NCBI GenBank assembly: GCA_029838195.1
Contig: JALGVJ010000010.1
Location: 49,772-113,771 of the forward strand
Source of the DNA: Promethearchaeota archaeon
GTDB lineage: Archaea > Asgardarchaeota > Lokiarchaeia > Sigyniarchaeales > SOKP01
Direction of reading: 5' to 3'
Length of the DNA stretch: 64,000 nucleotides
Positions within the stretch are counted from its first letter, which is position 1; each line of letters begins with the position of its first letter. A program made the position numbers and the translations under genes. The notes below the pieces were generated by a model. That model saw nothing but the letters and a program-made list of their open reading frames with translations, had not been told where the DNA came from and ran no database searches. Positions 1-10,146 of this stretch are shown here, one piece after another.

Positions 1-98
1 CATGAATTTTTGTAATGATATTTTTTTTGTGAACTTATTTTTACATAATTTGAAGCTTATGAAAGTAATAAATTGGAAAAAAAAGAATAGGAGTAAGA

Positions 99-878
99 AT
101 GAAAAGTGATGACATGACAAAAAATAAAGAAACCGTTGGAGCCAATTCCATAATAGGAATTCTAGGTGGCATGGGCCCAGAAGCGACAGTCTATCAATAC
201 CAATTAATTGTGAAACATACCCCCGTATCTAAAGATCAAGACCATGTTCCAACCATTATATATTCAAATCCATTAATTCCAGACCGCACCGAAAGTATTC
301 TTACTAATTCGCATGAAAAAATAATAAAAGAACTCATCAAAACGGCTAAAGTATTAGAATCCGCAGGAGCCAGTTTTATTATCATTCCATGCAATACTGC
401 TCACTATTATTTAGAGCATGTTCAAAAAGCCATTTCCATTCCGATTATTGACATGATTCAAATTACAGCAGAAAAAGTAAATCAAGACTTTGATAATTCA
501 GACAAAAAAAAGAGAGAATATCGGATTGGATTATTAGCAACTAATGGAGTTATTAAAACACGAATATATCATGAAAAATTTAAAACTCATGAAATGCAGA
601 TTTTAACGCCTAATGATGAAGACCAAGAAAAACTCATGAATATCATCCACGATATTAAAATAAATGGAATTAAAAATAGCTTAAAAAAAGATTGTATCCG
701 AATTATAAATAATTTACAAGATAAATATCCCCTAAGCCACGTGATATTAGGATGTACGGAATTACCCTTACTTTTTCAAGGAAATAATAAAATCAACCAA
801 ACCTTGCTAATAAATCCGATGGAAATTTTGGCAAAACATCTTATAATTAATATCAAGGGAAAAATAAAAGAAAGTTGA
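99..878 (+). CDS. Aspartate/glutamate racemase family protein (PLP-independent)
   Basis: IGILGGMGPEAT N-terminal motif, DQDH, and both catalytic Cys motifs (PCNTAH, LGCTELP). Confidence 0.92.
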   Translation: MKSDDMTKNKETVGANSIIGILGGMGPEATVYQYQLIVKHTPVSKDQDHVPTIIYSNPLIPDRTESILTNSHEKIIKELIKTAKVLESAGASFIIIPCNTAHYYLEHVQKAISIPIIDMIQITAEKVNQDFDNSDKKKREYRIGLLATNGVIKTRIYHEKFKTHEMQILTPNDEDQEKLMNIIHDIKINGIKNSLKKDCIRIINNLQDKYPLSHVILGCTELPLLFQGNNKINQTLLINPMEILAKHLIINIKGKIKES

Positions 879-1152
879 AAAAATTAAAAAATTCTCGTTC
901 AAAATCTAAAATTAACTATAAGATGGCCAAAATTCTACTTTTAATTAAAGTTCCCGGAGGATATATTACATGACGATTGGAATTTTCCTCTCGTTAAAAT
1001 CTATCCTAAGAAAAATCATAATTAAAACACGTTATAGGCATCCCGGATTATTAAAGCGTGTCATTTCTAGTTGTCTTTTTTTGCCTTTAATTCTTTTTAT
1101 TATTATTCAATACATTCTAATGAGAAATAAAAATAATTTTGGAAATAGAAAA

Positions 1153-2121
1153 ATGGTTGAATATGCGGATATTTTAGAAGCTTATCAAAGAATTAAAACT
1201 GAAATAAACAAAACCCCAGTAATGACCTCAAGAACATTAAATGCAATGGTGAATGCTAAAGTTTTTCTTAAATGTGAAAATTTTCAGAGAATTGGAGCTT
1301 TTAAAATGAGAGGAGCATTTAATGCCATTTCTCAATTGACAGAAGAAGAAAAAAAGCGCGGGGTAATTGCTCATTCCAGTGGAAATCATGCGCAAGCCGT
1401 GGCGTTAGCTGCGAATTTGCTCGGGGTCAAAGCTACAATTGTAATGCCTTCTACCTCTCCAAAAGTTAAAGTTAATGCCACGAGGGATACTTATGGAGCA
1501 GAAGTTGTGTTTTGTGACCCTACAATAAAAGCGAGAAGTGAAACAGCTCAAAAATTAATTGAGCAACATGGGTATACGCTCATTCATCCTTATGATAATG
1601 AGGACGTCATTGCGGGTGCTGGAACTGCTGCCCTTGAATTATTTGACCAAGTTAATGGATTACAAATGGTTTTTGCTCCCGTAGGAGGTGGAGGACTCTT
1701 GAGCGGAACCTCCTTGTTCGTGAAAGGATATAATAAAGAAATTAAAGTTATTGGAGTTGAACCAAAAAATGTAGACGACGCATATCGTTCCTTTATATCG
1801 GGTAAAATTGAGGTAAATGAAACGACAAATTCCATTGCGGATGGATTGCTGACCAATTTGAGTGAATTAACTTTCAGCATTATCAAAAAGAATGTTGATC
1901 AAATCATTACTGTTTCTGAACGAGAGATACTCAATGCCATGCGCTTTGCTTGGGAGAGAATGAAAATTATTATCGAGCCTTCGGGAGCATGCTCGTTAGC
2001 AGGCGTAATGTCTAAACAAATACCCGTTGAAAACAAAAAAATTGGCGTGATAATAACCGGAGGCAATGTGGATTTAACTGACTTTTTCAATCTTCTAGAA
2101 AATAAAATTTCAAATTTTTAA
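1153..2121 (+). CDS. PLP-dependent serine racemase / serine-threonine dehydratase family protein
   Basis: KCENFQRIGAFKMRGA PLP-lysine motif, HSSGNHAQ, PVGGGGL, EPSGA. Start moved from 970 to ATG 1153 (MVEYADILEAY) because the upstream extension is non-homologous. Confidence 0.9.
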   Translation: MVEYADILEAYQRIKTEINKTPVMTSRTLNAMVNAKVFLKCENFQRIGAFKMRGAFNAISQLTEEEKKRGVIAHSSGNHAQAVALAANLLGVKATIVMPSTSPKVKVNATRDTYGAEVVFCDPTIKARSETAQKLIEQHGYTLIHPYDNEDVIAGAGTAALELFDQVNGLQMVFAPVGGGGLLSGTSLFVKGYNKEIKVIGVEPKNVDDAYRSFISGKIEVNETTNSIADGLLTNLSELTFSIIKKNVDQIITVSEREILNAMRFAWERMKIIIEPSGACSLAGVMSKQIPVENKKIGVIITGGNVDLTDFFNLLENKISNF

Positions 2122-2140
2122 TTTCTTATTTTGGAAGATA

Positions 2141-3319
2141 ATGACATTAAAATTATATTGGAAAACACCTTACAAATCAGAATTTCAAGCACGCGTGAAA
2201 TCCATTTCAGAAAAAGGGCTTCTCCTTGATAAAACGTTATTTTATCCCCAAGGAGGAGGACAGAAATGTGATAAAGGAGTACTCTTTAAAAAAACAAAAA
2301 CGGTTCCCGTTTTAAGAGTAATTCAAGAAGATAAAGATATTTATCATCAAATTCCTATTCCCGATTTAAATCATTTTAACGTTGGGGATGAGATTAAAGG
2401 CAAAATCGATTGGGAATATCGTTTTGGTTTAATGAAAGCTCATTCTTCACAACACGTGTTTTCCGCCGTGCTATATAATCATTTCAAAATTTCTACTACT
2501 AAAGTTTTTATTAATTCTGAGGAAGTATCCATTCATTTTGATAAAAACATCACAATTGAGCAATTAAAAGCCGCATTAAAGAAGGTAAATGAAATTTGCA
2601 TTTCCAAAAATCATTTAATAACTTCCAAAATTTTAAGCCCTTCGGAAGTCATGAACTTGACAAATAAAATAAGAGGACACATTCCTGATAAAAAAACGCT
2701 CCGGCTAATTGAAATAGATGAGGTGGATAAAACTTTCTGCGGAGGAACTCATGTTAAAAATACTATTGAAATTGGACCACTTTTCATCCATGAGTTTAAA
2801 AAAGGAAGAGAAATTAAATATTACCTGGGAAAGAAAGCTTCAGATCTTCTTTCCGTGATTAATGCTGATTTATTGGATTTAACAAATCAATTAAATAACC
2901 CCCTCACGGAATTAAAATACTTGATATCCAAGAGATTTGAACAAAATGAAGCCTTAAAACGAGAAAAAATAAAAATATTATCTCAACTTTTTAAAAAATG
3001 TGCAACCCATCCCGACCAAACCATACATGACATTAAACTATCCATAATAGAATCGGATCTAGAAAGCATCATGCTCAATAAGATGATGAAAGAATTTCCT
3101 CCTGAGCACGTGCTTATTTTGATATTAAATGAAAATAAAATTAAAATTTTATCAACCAGCGAAAAAATAACGGCAAACGTGCTCATGCAACAATTATTAA
3201 AAAAATTTAAAGGTAGAGGGGGAGGGTCTCCTTCACAAGCTCAAGGTAAATTAAAAAATTTCCCAGTAGATTTAAGTTCTGAAGTTATAAATATCATTAA
3301 TTTCTTACTAGGGTCTTAA
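2141..3319 (+). CDS. AlaX-type trans-editing (alanyl-tRNA editing) protein with C-terminal DHHA1/C-Ala domain
   Basis: TLFYPQGGGQ, HSSQH (HxxxH), CGGTH (CxxxH) zinc ligands, and C-terminal GRGGGS. Confidence 0.88.
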   Translation: MTLKLYWKTPYKSEFQARVKSISEKGLLLDKTLFYPQGGGQKCDKGVLFKKTKTVPVLRVIQEDKDIYHQIPIPDLNHFNVGDEIKGKIDWEYRFGLMKAHSSQHVFSAVLYNHFKISTTKVFINSEEVSIHFDKNITIEQLKAALKKVNEICISKNHLITSKILSPSEVMNLTNKIRGHIPDKKTLRLIEIDEVDKTFCGGTHVKNTIEIGPLFIHEFKKGREIKYYLGKKASDLLSVINADLLDLTNQLNNPLTELKYLISKRFEQNEALKREKIKILSQLFKKCATHPDQTIHDIKLSIIESDLESIMLNKMMKEFPPEHVLILILNENKIKILSTSEKITANVLMQQLLKKFKGRGGGSPSQAQGKLKNFPVDLSSEVINIINFLLGS

Positions 3320-3620
3320 TTCCTGATTTTTTTCAAATATGATAAAATGTTCCAAAAAAGACATGCTCTTATTTATTTATATTTTATGATTCCATTGAAT
3401 CGGTATTAATTATCTCTTTTTCTCTTGATGATTTATTTATTATCTTGATATTACCTGAAAAAATAAAATTTCATGGAAATTTTTTCAAAAGTATTAATAT
3501 TTAATATTACTCGTTTAAAATTTAATGAGAAGTTTAATAATAAAAATATGAACTTGGATACTGAAAAAATCAAAGATTATTAAAAAAAAACAAAAGAGTT
3601 ATTTAAATATTATTCATTGG

Positions 3621-5039
3621 TTAGTGGAGATCTTTCTCATGTAATTGATGTTCTAACCACGCTTTCTTCTCTCCCTTAATATCATAAGTTAGCGCAAATA
3701 AAAGCGTGAAAAGCGCTGTAGATATCATGGGGATTATGGCAAAAGTGAGGATTATTCCTAATTCTGCTAAGGGCGTTTGCATTCCTTTTCCTATAGGAGC
3801 TGCGGCATTAAATCCCGTGATATCGTGAATGAATACCATGAAAAACGTGAATACGATGATTCCTAATCTTCCAAAGAAAATATAAATGCCAACATAGACA
3901 CTAGAATCTCTCTTTCCCGTTTGTATGGATAAACTATCTAGTGCTTCTGACAAAATAGGTGCTAGCATGCTCCATAAGGCCGCATTTCCGAAACCCGTGA
4001 TGAAGATGAAGATATAAGCCGTATTTACATCCCTAATAAACACCAATGGCAACGTAGTCATGCTTTCCAAGAACCCACCGAGGACAGCTGTCTTATAGAA
4101 ACCTATCTTTTTAGAAATCCAAGTAAAAATGGGCACGCAAACGAATTGTCCGATAATGAAAAATACATAAATTAAAGTTAGCTCTGACGCCGGAACGCCT
4201 AATATCCACTTGGCGTAATAATTCACGCCCCCTATAACGAACAAGTCCCACATCTTATTTCCAAAATAAAATAAAATATATCCGAGGAAGGCTTTGTTGC
4301 TCAAGGCAATTTTGAGCGATTTGAAGAATGGATCTTGTTTGACCATGCCTTGCTGAACTTCTAAAGCTTTTCGAGCGGGATCTTCTCTAGCACCATAGAT
4401 AACAACCAAACCTGCCACAACACCGATAAGAAGTATGACAGCTGCCATTTCAGCGTATGATTCCACGACATCATATTCATATATATTAGGAGGTAAAAGA
4501 GTTCCTATGATAACGCTAAATATGGCTAATATAAGCTTAAACATGTTTCCCTTGCGCTTAGCATCATCCGTTCGAAATTTCTCCGGAAACATCCCATACC
4601 ACGCACAGAAAAAAGCTGAATAACACGTGTCAGCAAGGCAGAGCATCGTGCACATCCAAAAGAATAATCCAATGGGACCTAAGGTGCGTGGAGGCGCAAA
4701 AAGGAGGAAATAAAAGACATACATGGGAATGAGCATGGTAGCAATCCATGGAAATCGTTTTCCGTACTTTCCCCACCAAGATCTGGGTGTTTCCTCAATG
4801 TATCCAATGATGGGGTCATTCACGGCGTTCCATATGGCAAATACCACGTTTGCAATTATCAAGAAGATGCCCGGCAATAGGAGTTCCGTTTCATAGAAGA
4901 AAAAATATAAGCCTGCGAATGCATTTCCTACGAGTTCAAAGCCAAAAGCGCCAAAGCTAAAACTAATCATGGACTTTAAAGAAGTATGCCATTCAGCCCA
5001 ATCATCTAGTTTTTTAATATCTTGTTGTTCACTTGTCAT
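3621..5039 (-). CDS. MFS transporter, GPH/MelB-like family
   Basis: WNAVNDPIIG and GKRFPW motifs, ~12 hydrophobic segments. Confidence 0.88.
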   Translation of the reverse strand: MTSEQQDIKKLDDWAEWHTSLKSMISFSFGAFGFELVGNAFAGLYFFFYETELLLPGIFLIIANVVFAIWNAVNDPIIGYIEETPRSWWGKYGKRFPWIATMLIPMYVFYFLLFAPPRTLGPIGLFFWMCTMLCLADTCYSAFFCAWYGMFPEKFRTDDAKRKGNMFKLILAIFSVIIGTLLPPNIYEYDVVESYAEMAAVILLIGVVAGLVVIYGAREDPARKALEVQQGMVKQDPFFKSLKIALSNKAFLGYILFYFGNKMWDLFVIGGVNYYAKWILGVPASELTLIYVFFIIGQFVCVPIFTWISKKIGFYKTAVLGGFLESMTTLPLVFIRDVNTAYIFIFITGFGNAALWSMLAPILSEALDSLSIQTGKRDSSVYVGIYIFFGRLGIIVFTFFMVFIHDITGFNAAAPIGKGMQTPLAELGIILTFAIIPMISTALFTLLFALTYDIKGEKKAWLEHQLHEKDLH

Positions 5040-5166
5040 GTTATATAATCCCTATTCTCCATGAAAATTGAACGGTGATTAATAAATTTTCATATCATAT
5101 TTAAACTTAATTAATTAATCATCATTTAATTAACTAAACTTTAAAAAATAGAGAGTATGACTTGTC

Positions 5167-6591
5167 ATGGAACAAACAAACAAAAAAAAAATACCCGAAA
5201 AAAAAATAGAAAGACTTCCCTTATTTTTAAATAACACGGAAATTGCCAAGGAAACAATAGAATTTCTCCAAAACAGCATCCAAATTAATACCACCAATCC
5301 GCCAGGCAATGAAATTGCTTTAGCCCGCTTCATACAAGAGAAATTTGAAAATGAAAATAATCCACGCATAAAAACCAAATTAATCGAGACCAGACCTTCG
5401 CGAGGAAATTTAATAGTCACGGTTGAGGGGGCTGATCCAAAAAATAATCCTATTTGGGGTTTTGCTTCGCATTTAGACGTGGTTCCTGTTAGTGAGGATG
5501 AGCATTGGGACCATCCCCCTTTTTCAGGGGAGCTCGTGCAATTAGAACACGATCAATTCATTTGGGGGCGAGGAGCATTTGACATGAAACAAATTGGAGT
5601 AGCTCATGCAATGGGGCTAATAGTTCTCTTGCGAGAGGGATTTCAACCAAGAGGAACGATAAAACTGATCTATGAAGCGGATGAAGAGAGAGGCGGGGAA
5701 GAAGGAATGGCCATTTTAATGGAAGAGTATTGGGATGACATGAAGGTGGATTATTTAATTACAGAGGGAGGAGGATATAAACTTCCCACGGGGCGAGATT
5801 TTGCCATTCAAACAGGAGAAAAGGGAAAATGCCAGACATTAATTAGAGCAACAGGCGTAGCGGGTCATGGATCTACGCCAGATCCTTATGAAAAGTTTGC
5901 AATTTATAAGATAGTAAAAATTCTGGAGAAAATTCGTAAGAAAAAACGTAAAATTTACATGCTAAAAGAATACAAGCAACTTATTGATGCTGCTTCCTTG
6001 CCCACGTTATTAAAAATATTATTAAAGAGAAAAAGGATGGTTCGAAAAATCCTCTCTCTTGCCTCAAAACTTACTCATGAACCTTTTGATAAATTTTTCA
6101 TTCCCATGTTAACGGATACCATCGCACCCACTATTATTCGTGCGGGCAATAAAGTTAACGTGATCAGTCCCACAGCAGAGCTCTCATTAGATATAAGGGT
6201 ATTACCCGGTCATGACCGTGAATTCATTTATAATAAATTAGAAAAAATCATTGGAAAGAAACTTTTTCGAGAATTGGAATTAGAGTCAATTGATTATGCG
6301 TTAGCCACAACCTCTCCCATTAACACGATCCTTTATGATAAAATTCAAGCGACTTTAGAAGAGATGTATCCTGGTGCCAATTTAGTACCCATTTTAGATA
6401 CAGGAGGGTCTGATATGAAGCATTTACGCAAAAAAGATATTCCTTGCTATGGCTTTTCTTTATTATTGAAAGATCCGGACCTCACCTATGATGATTTGGT
6501 GGGCATGTCCCATGCTCCTAATGAGCGCATTTCTGTGACTAATCTCATGCTTGCAACGGAATTTACTTATCGACTCATGAAAAAATTATGA
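5167..6591 (+). CDS. M20/M25/M40 family metallopeptidase
   Basis: SHLDVVP, GRGAFDMK, ADEERGG, GHGS and HAPNE motifs. Confidence 0.92.
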   Translation: MEQTNKKKIPEKKIERLPLFLNNTEIAKETIEFLQNSIQINTTNPPGNEIALARFIQEKFENENNPRIKTKLIETRPSRGNLIVTVEGADPKNNPIWGFASHLDVVPVSEDEHWDHPPFSGELVQLEHDQFIWGRGAFDMKQIGVAHAMGLIVLLREGFQPRGTIKLIYEADEERGGEEGMAILMEEYWDDMKVDYLITEGGGYKLPTGRDFAIQTGEKGKCQTLIRATGVAGHGSTPDPYEKFAIYKIVKILEKIRKKKRKIYMLKEYKQLIDAASLPTLLKILLKRKRMVRKILSLASKLTHEPFDKFFIPMLTDTIAPTIIRAGNKVNVISPTAELSLDIRVLPGHDREFIYNKLEKIIGKKLFRELELESIDYALATTSPINTILYDKIQATLEEMYPGANLVPILDTGGSDMKHLRKKDIPCYGFSLLLKDPDLTYDDLVGMSHAPNERISVTNLMLATEFTYRLMKKL

Positions 6592-6802
6592 GTTAACCGA
6601 TTTTATTTGTAATAATTTTTTAGTCGTTGTTTTTTCATGTTTCGCTATCGTGGGCCTCCTCTTAGAAATAATTCTATTTTTTTTAATTAATTAATGATAT
6701 TACGAGCTTAGAGGGGGGTAATCTTTAGAGAAATTAAGGTTCATGAATCCAACTCAAGTGAAAATGAAAAAGAAAAAATCGAAAAAAAGAATTTAAATAT
6801 GC

Positions 6803-7306
6803 TCACGCTACCATTTCCGTTTTTTGAATTTCGAAACCTTTCCCACAATACTCGCAATACACGCGTCCGCGAGAGTTTAAAAACTCCTTCATTTTTAACG
6901 TAAATTTTGCGCCACATTCATTACAAAACTTAATTTGAGAGTCAATTTTCTGTTTTTTTATTAAAGTGGAATGTACTTCGGTAGGTGATTGGATTTTTTG
7001 TTGATGAGGATGATCAGGTTGATGAGCTCCTTGATCAAATATCATGCGATAAATACCCTTGCTTAATCTAAGTAAGAGATGCCCGACTTCCTTTAATAAA
7101 TAATACAAACCTTTCAATAGATAATAGACGACATATCCAAGTCCCAATATAATGTAAAAAATTAACGCAAAAATTAAAGCAAGAATTGCCATGATGCTTA
7201 AAACTATTAGAACTTGACCAAAAAGCGGTAGGCTAAAATACCAGTCAGCTAATTGCTCTCCAGTCATGCTATATTCTCCTAATTGGAAAAAAATCATATC
7301 AGACAT
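6803..7306 (-). CDS. Membrane protein with C-terminal double CxxC zinc ribbon
   Basis: Long hydrophobic segment followed by FCNECG...YCEYCG. Confidence 0.75.
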   Translation of the reverse strand: MSDMIFFQLGEYSMTGEQLADWYFSLPLFGQVLIVLSIMAILALIFALIFYIILGLGYVVYYLLKGLYYLLKEVGHLLLRLSKGIYRMIFDQGAHQPDHPHQQKIQSPTEVHSTLIKKQKIDSQIKFCNECGAKFTLKMKEFLNSRGRVYCEYCGKGFEIQKTEMVA

Positions 7307-7555
7307 TATATTACCTCTTATTCGTGATTATTGACATGTATTTTTCTTATATTTTAAACATTTTTCTTCGATAATAAAAAAATTGGAGTCCAATTTTTAA
7401 AAACTCTCGATTTTATCGATATTTTCCATGAATGCTTATATTCATACCAAGAAATTCCTTATAATAAGGAAGTAAAATAATTAAATGATATTTAATTATC
7501 TTTTTTTTATTCATCATGAATTTTTCAAATTTTAAACAATTTAAATAACCTTTTC

Positions 7556-8290
7556 ATGAAAATGGATACAATTAGAATTGATGAAATGAATTGGGTGGAT
7601 ATCAAGGAAAAAATTGAAAGGGGATATACAACGGTGATATTTGGAGTAGGATCTACTGAACAACATGGGCCTTCCTTACCAGAGCAAACGGATGCATTAC
7701 AAGCGGATAGATTCGCAAATCTAATTGCTCGTGAACTTGGCAAAGCATTACAAGCCCCTACGATTTCCGTTGGGTTTTCTGAATATCATTTAAACTTTCC
7801 AGGTACCATTTCCCTTCGTGAATCGATATTAACCGCAGTAGTTGAGGATTATATTAGTAGTTTGGCTGGACATGGATTTAAAAATATTGTTATTTATGTT
7901 TCGCATGGAGGGAATGAAGAATCCGTGAAAAAAGCCATCGCTAACATGCAAAATAAATTTCCTCACATCAAAATGATTTATTATTATACTCAAGACATTT
8001 ATCCGGCCATTCGAGCTATGGGGCAAAAATATGGATTAACCGTTGGCGAGATAGGTTCGCATGCGGGAGATATGGAAGCCTCAATAATGCTATATTTAGC
8101 ACCAGAATTGGTTAAAAAAGAACGATTAGTAAAAGGATTAACAAAAGTAATTACACCCAGGTTGAGGAAAAAATTTCGAGCTGAAGGGTTCAATGCCATA
8201 ACGGAAAATGATGTTGTTGGAGATCAAACAAAAGCTTTGGCAGAAAAAGGCTTCGACAGAAAAAGGAAGGAAGTCATTGGACATCAATGA
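7556..8290 (+). CDS. Creatininase/creatinine amidohydrolase family protein (C-terminus probably frameshifted)
   Basis: GSTEQHGPSLP, HLNFPGTI, SHGGN, HAGDME motifs. A 16-bp imperfect duplication at 8234-8265 alters the C-terminus. Confidence 0.88.
   Translation: MKMDTIRIDEMNWVDIKEKIERGYTTVIFGVGSTEQHGPSLPEQTDALQADRFANLIARELGKALQAPTISVGFSEYHLNFPGTISLRESILTAVVEDYISSLAGHGFKNIVIYVSHGGNEESVKKAIANMQNKFPHIKMIYYYTQDIYPAIRAMGQKYGLTVGEIGSHAGDMEASIMLYLAPELVKKERLVKGLTKVITPRLRKKFRAEGFNAITENDVVGDQTKALAEKGFDRKRKEVIGHQ
8234..8265 (+). repeat. Imperfect 16-bp tandem duplication
   Basis: gctttggcagaaaaag followed by gcttcgacagaaaaag (2 mismatches). Confidence 0.6.
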
Positions 8291-8551
8291 TTTGCCTCGT
8301 CCTCCATCTCATTAAAATTAAAACGTAGAAATGTAAATTTTTTTATTTTTATAATTATAATTAAATGAATAAATGAATTAATTCCGGCTTTCAAAAATTC
8401 ACTCGCGTTTAATTTATTAAGAAGATTTAGAAATTTGTGTGCCTCATTCTTTTTTTATTTATTCTATCTTTTTCAATAATATATGATTTATATTGCTCAA
8501 TCATAATTTATGAGCTTCTAATTAATGAAGTACGCAAATTAAAGCAAATGT

Positions 8552-8974
8552 TTGATTTACATGTATGATGATTTAAAAGAATTTCAGAATAAGAAATATA
8601 GCGGGATGAAAATAGGAAATTCTCATTCATGGCATTATTCCAATGGAAGATGGTATGAAACAAAAAAAACTCCGGATGAATGGGAAATTAATTTTGAATG
8701 CGTGAAGAAACGCATGAATCCTGCTCCATTTAATTCCGGTGCAAAAATTGGAACAAAATATCATTGGTATATACTTGCTGACCAATTTGCCATTAAATTA
8801 GATCCGAATTCTTACATGACAATAATGAGGGGTGTGAAATTTAAAATTGGGCACAAGCGCCCTCATTGGAAGAAATTTAGTTATGAATACCCCCAACAAC
8901 TTAGTTATAAAGAACGAATTATCAATATTTTAGAAGAGACTTTAAAAAGATTAAAAAATGATTTTTCATGTTAG
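8552..8974 (+). CDS. Conserved hypothetical protein (aromatic-rich, YSGMKIGxSHxWxY family)
   Basis: Intact ORF with a Trp/Tyr/His-rich pattern (SHSWHY, YHWYILA, KIGHKR). ATG probably at 8561. Confidence 0.75.
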   Translation: MIYMYDDLKEFQNKKYSGMKIGNSHSWHYSNGRWYETKKTPDEWEINFECVKKRMNPAPFNSGAKIGTKYHWYILADQFAIKLDPNSYMTIMRGVKFKIGHKRPHWKKFSYEYPQQLSYKERIINILEETLKRLKNDFSC

Positions 8975-9130
8975 ACGAATTGAAAATCATTTTTACATGT
9001 TATCCTAAGTGCCGCGAAAATGGATGAGATGTTATATTATTGATCATGGCAAATTTTTTGATATTTTAATTTAACTTGTAAAGAGATTTGAAATCATCGC
9101 ATATTTCAAGAATTCAAATAGTCTATGAAT

Positions 9131-9175
9131 ATTTTCGTGAACTCTCCTTGAACCTTAAAAATCTTTCACGAAAAT
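9131..9175. terminator. 11-bp perfect inverted repeat between convergent genes (possible bidirectional terminator or protein-binding site)
   Basis: attttcgtgaa (9131-9141) / ttcacgaaaat (9165-9175), 23-nt spacer. Confidence 0.4.
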
Positions 9176-9224
9176 GTAAAAAGTAAGAAAAAAAATTATC
9201 GAAATGCTATTAATTTATTTAATT

Positions 9225-9878
9225 TTATTTATTCCCTATTTTTTCATGAAATATATTTATTGCCACTAACGTGATCCAAGCTTCTGCTATATAAATTGCT
9301 ATGAATTCCATGAAAAAATTCCATCCTCCCGGAAGATCGATAAAAATTAAGATAACACTCATCAAACCCGTTAAAAAACCAAAATAAGCAATGGATTTTT
9401 TAAATTTTGGGTGGGTTAAAAGCACACCATTAATGAAAAATTCTGCTACAATTATGCTTGTAAAAATTACCATGCTCCAGAAAGCGTGAGTTTCTCCAAA
9501 ATCCTCTGAAAATATTCCATTCATTACCAAACCAATGCCCGCAAGTATCCCAAAAAATTGCGCAATGTATAATACAAGGTTTTTGAGTTTATTGTCCATG
9601 TAGAAAACGTATAAACCTCCGGTAAATAATATTATCGTTAATCCCATCCAAACTTGTCCTGTATTATAGAATTGTGCTCCTAATGGGCTATTATAAAAAT
9701 TGCGCGTGGGATGAAGGGTAGTTCTTCCCAGATCGCTATGATAATTCGTGAATGGACTAAAAGGAGGGACCTCAGAAGGCCATAAAAGATAGGCGGGAAT
9801 ATTAAAAAAAAGATCCGTACACCACATTAGCAGAGTGGCAAGCACGGATAAAGGCCATTTAAAAGGATTTTTTTCCAT
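9225..9878 (-). CDS. DUF998-like multi-pass membrane protein
   Basis: FSPFTNYHSDLG (NxxSDLG), GIFSED..H motif, 5-6 TM segments. Confidence 0.7.
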   Translation of the reverse strand: MEKNPFKWPLSVLATLLMWCTDLFFNIPAYLLWPSEVPPFSPFTNYHSDLGRTTLHPTRNFYNSPLGAQFYNTGQVWMGLTIILFTGGLYVFYMDNKLKNLVLYIAQFFGILAGIGLVMNGIFSEDFGETHAFWSMVIFTSIIVAEFFINGVLLTHPKFKKSIAYFGFLTGLMSVILIFIDLPGGWNFFMEFIAIYIAEAWITLVAINIFHEKIGNK

Positions 9879-10146
9879 AATATCTTCACGGTGTTAAAAT
9901 TGTTTTATAATATTGTAGTAATAACATGAGCTAAATGAAAAGTCTATGAATAGTGATAGAATTAAAATAATAAAAATACTTTTTCTTCCCTTCAACACCC
10001 ACCACGGGATGGCTGATTTTCATTAAATAATCTTGCTCATTTAATAATTTGAAATCTTTCAATTAAAAATGAAGCTTCTTTTGGTGGGAATTTATATTAT
10101 TTTTAACATTGTATCAAATATTAAAACTAAAAATTTAACTTGAAAA

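Noticed and set aside
970-1152. N-terminal TM extension on the serine racemase-like ORF
   Set aside because: Family homology starts at ATG 1153. The extension is low-complexity AT-rich intergenic read-through.
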